Part shown: positions 24,737 to 32,665 of the stretch, piece after piece
How the letters are laid out: each line of letters begins with the position of its first letter
Position numbering within the stretch: the first letter of the stretch is position 1
From: a virus
Lineage: Duplodnaviria > Caudoviricetes
Virus record (IMG/VR): IMGVR_UViG_3300023296_001269
Location: 1-53,377 of that record
Length of the DNA stretch: 53,377 nt
Direction: 5' to 3' (one strand)
Program-made: the position numbers and the translations under genes
Notes under the pieces: model-generated
What the model saw: the letters and a program-made list of their open reading frames with translations, nothing else
What the model was told of the DNA's origin: nothing
The model's database searches: none

Positions 24737-25782
24737 TACAGCTCCTCTCGATAATAAATGTCCAATTCTACACCGTCGATTTCCACAATTGAGTGGTCGG
24801 TGTTGAACCCGTTATTTACAACCAGCCCAAGTCCAAAGGCCCCGTCTTTTAGCTCTTCCCCAGTTAGAGCAGGAAAGCCCCACAGGTCGCTATCATTACC
24901 ATACGTCAATGTGCCCCATTCTGGGCCTGCGATACAATCATCCCCTGCCATGTTTGTGCCAAGACCGCGCGCGGGGTGTTGCAATGTTAGGAAGGTAAGT
25001 CTGGGGCACGTAGCTGCGATATCGCTGCTGCTGGATGTACTGGACACACTGGATGCAATGCTGCCGTCTGTGATATCCCGCAGCACCAATCTTGCTACAA
25101 TCCCCTCAATGATGGCGTCGTTAGCTAACGCAGTAACGTTAAACCCCTGTACTAATAGTACCTGACTTGCCTCACCAGTGGAGAGCTCGACCTGTGACCG
25201 ATTCAGCCCCAGGCTGTCTGACGCCCCTACTGGAGAGCCGGCGCCGTCCCCCAGATTTCGCCATGGCGTTCCTGCGCCCACAGATTGCTCATGCGTTCCA
25301 ACAACCGTCAAGAAGGCTAGCGAGCCCAGAGACGCAGAGTTGGTGGAACTGAGGGACGAAGAACTGGACGAGCTGGCGGGGTCACAGTCTGCCCCAATGA
25401 CTTCTGTGCCATCCGTGAACAATGTGTCCATGGTTTTCAGTACTGCGATCAACCGGCGGGCATCCTCTCGAACTAACGCAATAAAGTTTTCCGCTTCTGC
25501 TACTGAATAAACCAATACGTCTACGTAAGATAACCGGAACCAGGCAGGAGAGTCCCCCGGCGTGGGGCCGTCTTCAGGAAAGTTCTCCAAATCCGGGGCA
25601 GAACAAATATGGCTGAACCTGCCCTCTTCGTTTCCGTTACGGTCCCGCGGAAACATGCGATATGCAAATATCTTGCTGGACAAGTCTCCAGCACATACCA
25701 CATCAAAGCGGACACGCACACCGTCATCTACGCCGTATACATAGTGACTGGTGGCCCATTGTAATTTGAGAGAACGTGCCAT
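24736..25782 (-). CDS. Probable virion protein with Ser tracts
   Basis: Beta-rich 348-aa ORF with ASSSSSSSLSS and SSVSSTSSSS tracts. Confidence 0.7.
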   Translation of the reverse strand: MARSLKLQWATSHYVYGVDDGVRVRFDVVCAGDLSSKIFAYRMFPRDRNGNEEGRFSHICSAPDLENFPEDGPTPGDSPAWFRLSYVDVLVYSVAEAENFIALVREDARRLIAVLKTMDTLFTDGTEVIGADCDPASSSSSSSLSSTNSASLGSLAFLTVVGTHEQSVGAGTPWRNLGDGAGSPVGASDSLGLNRSQVELSTGEASQVLLVQGFNVTALANDAIIEGIVARLVLRDITDGSIASSVSSTSSSSDIAATCPRLTFLTLQHPARGLGTNMAGDDCIAGPEWGTLTYGNDSDLWGFPALTGEELKDGAFGLGLVVNNGFNTDHSIVEIDGVELDIYYREEL

Positions 25783-25796
25783 CCGTGGCTCCGGGT

Positions 25797-26147
25797 TTAG
25801 AATTGTATTTTAAAGATTTTACCCTGCGTGTGCGATCTGCGGTAGTATAGCACGCATTGCTCAACGGTGTAACCTTTTCGTTGGGACAGCCAGTCTTTTA
25901 TCTGGGTAATACTTTCCGGATCTTCTGCTTTTAATTCCTGAAGTTTCAACAGCATCGCATCACAGACGCCCCGCATGTGTTTCCACTCTGCTCCGCAGCG
26001 TTGGCACTCTTTGGCGTTTTGTGTCATTTCCCAGCTCTTCAATGCAGCGTCCCGTAGATACACGAACGCCGGGACCGCAATATAGAAATCAAGGGATTTC
26101 GCCATTTGGATTAAATGGGTTCGGTCTAACGTGAGTTTCTTTGTCAC
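25797..26147 (-). CDS. CxxC protein (paralogue of 24425-24736)
   Basis: TLDRTHLIQM...F..VPAF...KECQRC. Confidence 0.75.
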   Translation of the reverse strand: MTKKLTLDRTHLIQMAKSLDFYIAVPAFVYLRDAALKSWEMTQNAKECQRCGAEWKHMRGVCDAMLLKLQELKAEDPESITQIKDWLSQRKGYTVEQCVLYYRRSHTQGKIFKIQF

Positions 26148-27439
26148 TACAGTTTCCGTAATTTAGGTTGTCCGCTGTTGGTTGCCATTTTAATAGGGGC
26201 TCTGATTGCTGTTGGTCTGATAGCCGCTGGTAGCGGGGGCGGTACAATAATCTTATCAGTTTTTTCTGCAGTTGCTATGACAGGTGCTGTTTCTTCGGTA
26301 TTTTCCATATCCCCTGTTTTATCAATGGTGGGCATTGTGACCCCCCGGCGATCAACAGAAGACGTACGCACAAATTGTTTTTTACCGTTAAACTGCCGCA
26401 TGGTATACCCGGCCTGGTACAGCTGCTCTCCAATTTGCCAGTCTCCCCCTGTATGGGTGAGCCCGGTTCCGAGATCTGGAATGTCCGCAGCTACGATCGC
26501 TTCGTGCGTGATGGCCCAGAACCCCCCTGTGGCAAATAAGATCTTTGTTCCGTTGGGGCTAGGCTTCCCTTGCGCGGTCCTCCAAGGCCGCCCGTTATAC
26601 CAAGGACGGGTGGCTATCGCCTCTTTCTGTTTTTTATTCGGTGTCCAGATATAGCTGGCTCCAATCATGTGGGCCTCTTTAGCTTTATCCTTGTGATGCT
26701 GGCTAATGTGCCGGCCCAGCATATTTAACCAGCTGGGCTGCACATCACAAATAGAATCGTCATCGAACCAGAGTACCCACTTTGTCGTGATGGGGTGCTC
26801 GGGGTCGTAGAACATTTCTCGCATGACCGGGTATTTGTAGGCGTTTTCTTCGTGCCTGTAATGTTTTGTAATGAAGCCTTTTTCCTGGTACTCATCAAGC
26901 ATTGCTAACGATTTTTTGTTTAACGCGTTAGACGCCACTCGTAGATCGATGCGGTCTGCCGGAGTAGTTGCCAGGAATGTTGTCAGACACTTACGGTGTA
27001 GTTCGTGAAACTCTTCTCCCCCATAAAACAGGATGAATGTTGTAATCTTCCCTCCTACGGAAGGATGGTCCAGGATACGGTCATCAGAGAAATCGGGTGA
27101 CTGCCCCGGCCGCGCGGTCGTGGCTACCTGTTTATTAGGGTCCCGTACATTTACTTTAGCGGTAGGGTTGATCTTAATGGGCATTCCTGTGGGGATTACC
27201 ACAGAGGCAGAAGTTCTTTTTGTGTTTGGAGATTTTGCCCCCTTTGGGCTGCACTTCCCTGATTTGCATTCTCCCGTTGTGTCGCACGCCCCTGACTTGC
27301 AAGTTTGTGTTTTCGGGGGGGTAGTCGCCAGGGCGGGCGGGGTTATCTTTAATTCTACTTTAGCCCCGTCGCCCCGGAGGTACTCCAGAACACCGTCGTC
27401 GTTAATTGGTGGTTGTGATGTGTCAGTAAATTTAGCCAT
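26147..27439 (-). CDS. GT-A fold (GT2-like) glycosyltransferase
   Basis: WVLWFDDDS DxD motif, FATGGFWAI, GGDWQIG. Confidence 0.75.
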   Translation of the reverse strand: MAKFTDTSQPPINDDGVLEYLRGDGAKVELKITPPALATTPPKTQTCKSGACDTTGECKSGKCSPKGAKSPNTKRTSASVVIPTGMPIKINPTAKVNVRDPNKQVATTARPGQSPDFSDDRILDHPSVGGKITTFILFYGGEEFHELHRKCLTTFLATTPADRIDLRVASNALNKKSLAMLDEYQEKGFITKHYRHEENAYKYPVMREMFYDPEHPITTKWVLWFDDDSICDVQPSWLNMLGRHISQHHKDKAKEAHMIGASYIWTPNKKQKEAIATRPWYNGRPWRTAQGKPSPNGTKILFATGGFWAITHEAIVAADIPDLGTGLTHTGGDWQIGEQLYQAGYTMRQFNGKKQFVRTSSVDRRGVTMPTIDKTGDMENTEETAPVIATAEKTDKIIVPPPLPAAIRPTAIRAPIKMATNSGQPKLRKL

Positions 27440-28475
27440 CGGTATTGTTTAATCCTAATGAGGCTAGCGGTGGAAGAGAGCCATCGTAGTAGTACGATGT
27501 GACTGCGTTTATAACCATCTCTGGTTTAATCATGTCCATGCATTTTGCTACCGGCATTTCAGGGGTGATAATTGGCATCTTGCAGAGGCTTTTATCTTTG
27601 CCAGTCGAAACAACCTTGTTTCGCCAGCAGCCGACTGATTTGCAGCAATCAAGTAATCCAATTGTGTGCAGGAATCTGTGGGGCATTGGGTGCTTCCCTG
27701 AGGCGATAGGTCCGAACCCAGAGTGCTCATTTGTGTAGCTTTCCCACCAGTAAGCCTCCCGGCCACCACCTATCACTACGCAAGGTTTGTGCAATGCCGC
27801 TGCGATATGCATGGCGCCGGTCACCCCGCAAATAACTCCTTCGGCGTGATAGATCTGCTGTACCCACTCACGGAAGCTGCCGTGGCCCACCAGGTCAATA
27901 ACATGGTCGCCTTTTAACTCAGGATGCCAGTGCCCGGTGTGTGTAGCCCCAGACTGCACAACCCCAAGACCCATTTCACCTAAGGTGTCTGCTACTTTCT
28001 GAAAAGAGTTTTTGTGCCACACCTTAATCGTGAAGTCTGACTTGCCCCCGGTCATGATTAGCCAGTACCGCCCTAATACAGGTGGAGTAGCCTTTTCTTT
28101 CTCTGACAGGTAGATCTCACCGTGTGGGCGGTGCAGGGGGACGTCTATGCCCGTCTGCTTTTTGAAGTCCCTGTGGAAGTAGGCACAGAAATGAATGGTT
28201 TCTTTATTCTGGTCCCGAATGCCCCGGCCGTATTGGCACTTCAGCATTTTAGTGTTTCTGTGCGTAATAACCTGGTTATTCTTTTTCCGGTTCCACAGCT
28301 TGGTAATGTGAGGGTTGTTATCCCAGATGGGCATAACCGTGGTGTTCACATCGATTTCGAACTGCCCTGGGTATGTTAGATGGATATCACGAGCAAGGGC
28401 AGTGAGGCAGACGACATCGCCTGGGCTGCGGTGGTGGGATAATATGAATCTGCGTTTCTCGCTCATTGCTACCAT
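27432..28475 (-). CDS. GT9 (heptosyltransferase-like, GT-B) glycosyltransferase
   Basis: SPGDVVCLT, WDNNPHI, KVW, ICGVTGAMHIAAALHKPCVVIGG. Confidence 0.85.
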   Translation of the reverse strand: MVAMSEKRRFILSHHRSPGDVVCLTALARDIHLTYPGQFEIDVNTTVMPIWDNNPHITKLWNRKKNNQVITHRNTKMLKCQYGRGIRDQNKETIHFCAYFHRDFKKQTGIDVPLHRPHGEIYLSEKEKATPPVLGRYWLIMTGGKSDFTIKVWHKNSFQKVADTLGEMGLGVVQSGATHTGHWHPELKGDHVIDLVGHGSFREWVQQIYHAEGVICGVTGAMHIAAALHKPCVVIGGGREAYWWESYTNEHSGFGPIASGKHPMPHRFLHTIGLLDCCKSVGCWRNKVVSTGKDKSLCKMPIITPEMPVAKCMDMIKPEMVINAVTSYYYDGSLPPLASLGLNNTDG

Positions 28476-28517
28476 TCCGTTGGTTTATATCTACGTCCGT
28501 GTCCCCTTCGCAGGCGT

Positions 28518-28547
28518 ATTGTGTCGTAAAGCCGGGCTGTTTGTCAA
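28518..28547 (-). promoter_or_regulatory. Possible sigma70 promoter TTGACA-N18-CACAAT
   Basis: Perfect -35 and a 4/6 -10 in the only sizeable gap before the GT9 gene. Confidence 0.4.
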
Positions 28548-28555
28548 TATAGGTG

Positions 28556-31036
28556 TTATTCCCCTTTCCCGTTGCTATGTCCGCGTTGGGATTTACAGGC
28601 CATGAAATCAAACCACACAGGACGTTCCCCTGCCGCCCATAGTGATTTAACAAATTGCCAATCTCCTGAGTTTTTAGCATCCCAGGCTTGTCTGTGTGTG
28701 TCCCATAATTTTTTACTTATAATTACAGAGAAACTAGGAATCGTAGCATGTTTAGGCAACCATTTTATTCCAAAGGGTATTGGGTACTGCTTATTACGGA
28801 TTTTTGTGCGAACCATCACCCAATCTGGGTATCCCTGTGCGACGATAAATTCACTTAATTTTTCTACATACGTTTTATCGCAGATCATATCATCATCGTC
28901 GATAATCTGCAGATAATTCCCGGCGTATTCAAAACCATCTGCCAGCATTTTATTTGCGCCTGCGATACCGATTTCGCCGGGAGACGGCAAAAGCACGTGC
29001 TCGTACTTCGCACTTGTCTGTACGGCTATAGATTTTTTTAATACCTGTAACGCGGCTGGGCGGTTCGGGTGCACCCTCGTTACGATGGAGAGCGATGGTG
29101 CCCCCGCAGTTGTCCGGTTATGCCGACTTGCCTCAATAGACAGGTTGTTACGATTTATAGCGTGTTTCTTAAAACTGTAATGATGCACGTGGGCTGCGTA
29201 CGCATTGTTCGCTACAAGCAATCGCCACCCTTTTTCTATGGCCCGCTCACACCATTCATCATCCGCCCCTAACCCGTAGGCAAAATTTTCATGGGTGTTT
29301 TGCAACCCTATTGCAGTAATGGCTGTGCGGCGGATAAGTGTGCAAAAGAAGGGCAGCATTTCTTCTTCAGAGGTGCTTTCATTTATGCATAACGACGCCC
29401 CCTCTTTTGCACTTCTTGGGTCCTGCGGGGGCCGAAGAAGGCCTGCCTTCTCACGACGAGATTTCTGTTGGATAGATAACTTCCCTCGATCACAGGTAAG
29501 GGGGTTAATCGCCGCAATGTTTGTGTCACTGGTTAGCCAGTTTTTTAGCGTACTGAGGCATTTGGGGCCGATGAAACAATCGTTATTCAATAGTAATACG
29601 TAAGCATACCCCGGAGTGGTAAATCCGATGTTGCAGGCACGATGAAACCCGACAGGGGCACTAAATTTTTGCACCGTAAGTGGGACGTTTAACTCATGTG
29701 CGTGGTTAGCAATTTTTTCGGCTACTCCGTCCTGGCTGGCGTCGTCTATATACAGGACATCATAGGCAATGTCCGCGTATTTATGTAAATGCTCCAAACA
29801 TTTCATTGTCATATCCGCACAGTCTTTTGCGGGAATAACAATAAGCGTCTTTTCTTCTGCCACCCCTAATACTTTGCGTATGGCGACACCTGCCTCTTTT
29901 TCTCCCGCTAAGATCCCTTTGGCCCACCGGCTTATCTTGTTTAATTTGGCAATGCGCGCGGGGCACTTACAGGGACGGCCCAGCCATTTATTTACTCTCG
30001 CCTGCGTAATACCGACAGAAGATAATGCGGCTGATACTTGATCACCCAGTTCATTTCCTGTTTGTTTTTTTGGTAACAATAAGCGAGTGGCGTCAAAAGC
30101 ATCCCCTTTATAACTAATGGCCACGGGGTGTTTTGGGTTGTGCATAGAACTCTGTTCCCCGCGATGCTGTACTAAACTGGGATAATGCACATACTCATAG
30201 ATACCCTGTTTTTTTAATGAATCCACTATGCCCCCATCTACTGACCAAGTGGATTTTTTTCCTCTTGGTTTGTTTATCATATGGCTAGCGGTTAGTAATT
30301 TTCTCGTAACCTCGTTTGAGAATACCAGTGCCACCGCCCCTAGCCCACGTTGGTTTGATTTATAAAATCCCGTAAAGTCAGCAGGTGCGTTCGCCTCATT
30401 GACGGGAAAAGTATATAGATTCAAATAGCCTTTCTCTGGTATCTTTATTCCGTCAAGATACGTCCGCAAATTTCGGTAACAGCTCATATCGTCTTGAAAA
30501 ATAGCATAGCGAGCGGCCTGCGGGTCCCGCAGGTACAGCTCTATTAACGACAGATACCAGTTTGCGAATGTTTTAACTTGCGGGAATCGGGCGGTGATAT
30601 GTAATTTATATTTACCGTATTGTTCTTCTGCGGCGATAGGGGGCATCCCGTCAACAAATAAGCGGGGGGAAGGGAACCCACCATGTTTTAAAGCCTGTAT
30701 TGTTTTTGGGAGTAACAGGTCTGCGCGGGTTTCTACTGTAGTTATACCGTAAGCCCACCTGATCTTTTTTTGGGGTTTGTCTATTTTTCTTTTAGGAACA
30801 ATTATTTTGGCTTTTGGCGGGCCACTTGTTGCAAGCGATACAGGAGTGCAATCTTGTTTGTCATCTTTCCCTTGTTCCCATTGTTCCCAGTATTTCAACC
30901 CTGCATCAGCGGTATCTGCAGTTAAACTACATAGGTCATATTTCCGTTTTGTTTTAAGTACGCAATGCCTGGCACACTGAAAAGGAAAAGAAGTAGGGTT
31001 GCAAGAACAATGCGGGTTGTTTTTCTGCGACATCAA
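28556..31036 (-). CDS. Multidomain glycosyltransferase (three GT-A-like domains plus Cys-rich modules)
   Basis: AIFQDD...PSLVQHRG; IDDAS...LLLNNDC...ADDEWC; IIDDDD...GDWQF. Confidence 0.82.
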   Translation of the reverse strand: MMSQKNNPHCSCNPTSFPFQCARHCVLKTKRKYDLCSLTADTADAGLKYWEQWEQGKDDKQDCTPVSLATSGPPKAKIIVPKRKIDKPQKKIRWAYGITTVETRADLLLPKTIQALKHGGFPSPRLFVDGMPPIAAEEQYGKYKLHITARFPQVKTFANWYLSLIELYLRDPQAARYAIFQDDMSCYRNLRTYLDGIKIPEKGYLNLYTFPVNEANAPADFTGFYKSNQRGLGAVALVFSNEVTRKLLTASHMINKPRGKKSTWSVDGGIVDSLKKQGIYEYVHYPSLVQHRGEQSSMHNPKHPVAISYKGDAFDATRLLLPKKQTGNELGDQVSAALSSVGITQARVNKWLGRPCKCPARIAKLNKISRWAKGILAGEKEAGVAIRKVLGVAEEKTLIVIPAKDCADMTMKCLEHLHKYADIAYDVLYIDDASQDGVAEKIANHAHELNVPLTVQKFSAPVGFHRACNIGFTTPGYAYVLLLNNDCFIGPKCLSTLKNWLTSDTNIAAINPLTCDRGKLSIQQKSRREKAGLLRPPQDPRSAKEGASLCINESTSEEEMLPFFCTLIRRTAITAIGLQNTHENFAYGLGADDEWCERAIEKGWRLLVANNAYAAHVHHYSFKKHAINRNNLSIEASRHNRTTAGAPSLSIVTRVHPNRPAALQVLKKSIAVQTSAKYEHVLLPSPGEIGIAGANKMLADGFEYAGNYLQIIDDDDMICDKTYVEKLSEFIVAQGYPDWVMVRTKIRNKQYPIPFGIKWLPKHATIPSFSVIISKKLWDTHRQAWDAKNSGDWQFVKSLWAAGERPVWFDFMACKSQRGHSNGKGE

Positions 31037-32665
31037 TCACTCCGTTATAAACACATAAAAGCCACATTGGAAAGGTGCTGGCGGATCATAATTGTCCCCG
31101 TCGTCAGAAAAACATTCTAAGAGTACCCCGTTCCAGGTTACTTCAAATTGTTTATCAATCGGGAAACAGGTGCCTGCCTCTATTTCACTGGTTGCCTCGA
31201 ACCCCATGGTGGGGCCGTTTACAGGGTCGGGGCACCCGTAAACATATAAATGGCCTAACCCTGTCGTAGGCACTAATTGAAATACAAGTAACATCGGTCC
31301 TGCGTCAATGACACCTTGACCGTACCATAGACATCCAAGATCTCCCTCATATACCCCAGTCAGGGGGATAGATCCGGTTTGTCCTTTACTGAAACAAACA
31401 TTCGGAACTGCAGGTGCAACCACTTCTGCGTTTAATGAACCAGGTACGTCCCGACATTTACATTGGCAAGTGTTCTCATTACAACCGCCGCATTCCCAAC
31501 ATGCGATCGTTATTGTTTCGTATTCGTTTAATTGTATTGTTTCATTTAATTCTGGACAAGTTTCTAGCAAAATTGAGGTTGTAGTTGTGACGCCGCCAGC
31601 CCCTGTTCCGGTTCCGGTACCGGTACCTGTCCCTGTACTTGTAGCAATCGTGGAGGATGCGAGAAGTTCACATTGGCCTGTATCTTCATTTTTATGGAAT
31701 TTTAAAGAGATGCCCACAGTACACTCGCCCGGCTGGCTCATGTCTAAAACAACAGGAACAGGGTTATTGTCTAAATCCCCTAAATCATGTGCGTGGCTAT
31801 TTGCGATAAAGTTGATACCCCAGCCGCCTGTCCCGTCGTACGATGCCCTGCCCCGCTGAGTGCAAGACATGAAATCCCCGGTACCTGTACCGGTGCCCGT
31901 GCCCGTGCCAGTGCCAGTGCCGATATCTTCAGTCGGTCCGGTATATGACCAAGTGATACATACATCTTTACAAATGCACTTACAGCCCCAGCACCCGCAC
32001 TCCTTTGCCATGGGCACTGTGCCTGTGCCAGCGCCGGTTCCGCTGGTAGTAGTTAATGGTTTAGGATACACGCGGTCGATGCAATAAGCAGTTACGCTGT
32101 AGGACGCAGTACAGTCTCCGTCATTACAGTCTGCTGCATTAACCTCCCACTCGAACTCCATTCCGCCAGTTTGGGAGAAACCTGTTCCGGTATCTCCGTT
32201 ACAGTTACTAGTGTATTTTCCCATGGCTATGCATTGGTCTTCTATACCAGTACCTGTCCCGGTACCTGTTCCGGCGACCGTGCCGGTACCTGTTCCGGTG
32301 CCCGTGCCGGTATCTGTTCCGTGCCCACTAGTACAAGATGCTCTGAAACACGCATAACACGTATCCGTTAGTCTGTCATAATAAATGTAGATCTCGAACG
32401 GGATGCGAATACTGCCACAACCCAATGTGCCGTGGAAGCTATTTGTTGCCTCGTCGTAAATAGAGTATGTATAGATGGTGTCGCTACACCCGCAATCGTC
32501 AGTATTTGGGCACACCGTAGATATGTCGGGTTGTAAAATCAGGCATATTGCTTGACAAATTTTAGTGCAGCAACATGGTTCTCCCGCGTCTGCCCCACAT
32601 TTTTTACAACAACAAAGCGATGCCTTATTCCGCGACTCTCGAGTATTTTTGCAATCACCAGCCAC
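31037..32665 (-). CDS. Cys-rich virion/fibre protein with (Gly-Thr)n tracts
   Basis: 44 Cys by hand count; several GTGTGTG runs; likely GTG start at 32665 after a GAGGG RBS. Confidence 0.75.
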   Translation of the reverse strand: MAGDCKNTRESRNKASLCCCKKCGADAGEPCCCTKICQAICLILQPDISTVCPNTDDCGCSDTIYTYSIYDEATNSFHGTLGCGSIRIPFEIYIYYDRLTDTCYACFRASCTSGHGTDTGTGTGTGTGTVAGTGTGTGTGIEDQCIAMGKYTSNCNGDTGTGFSQTGGMEFEWEVNAADCNDGDCTASYSVTAYCIDRVYPKPLTTTSGTGAGTGTVPMAKECGCWGCKCICKDVCITWSYTGPTEDIGTGTGTGTGTGTGTGDFMSCTQRGRASYDGTGGWGINFIANSHAHDLGDLDNNPVPVVLDMSQPGECTVGISLKFHKNEDTGQCELLASSTIATSTGTGTGTGTGTGAGGVTTTTSILLETCPELNETIQLNEYETITIACWECGGCNENTCQCKCRDVPGSLNAEVVAPAVPNVCFSKGQTGSIPLTGVYEGDLGCLWYGQGVIDAGPMLLVFQLVPTTGLGHLYVYGCPDPVNGPTMGFEATSEIEAGTCFPIDKQFEVTWNGVLLECFSDDGDNYDPPAPFQCGFYVFITE

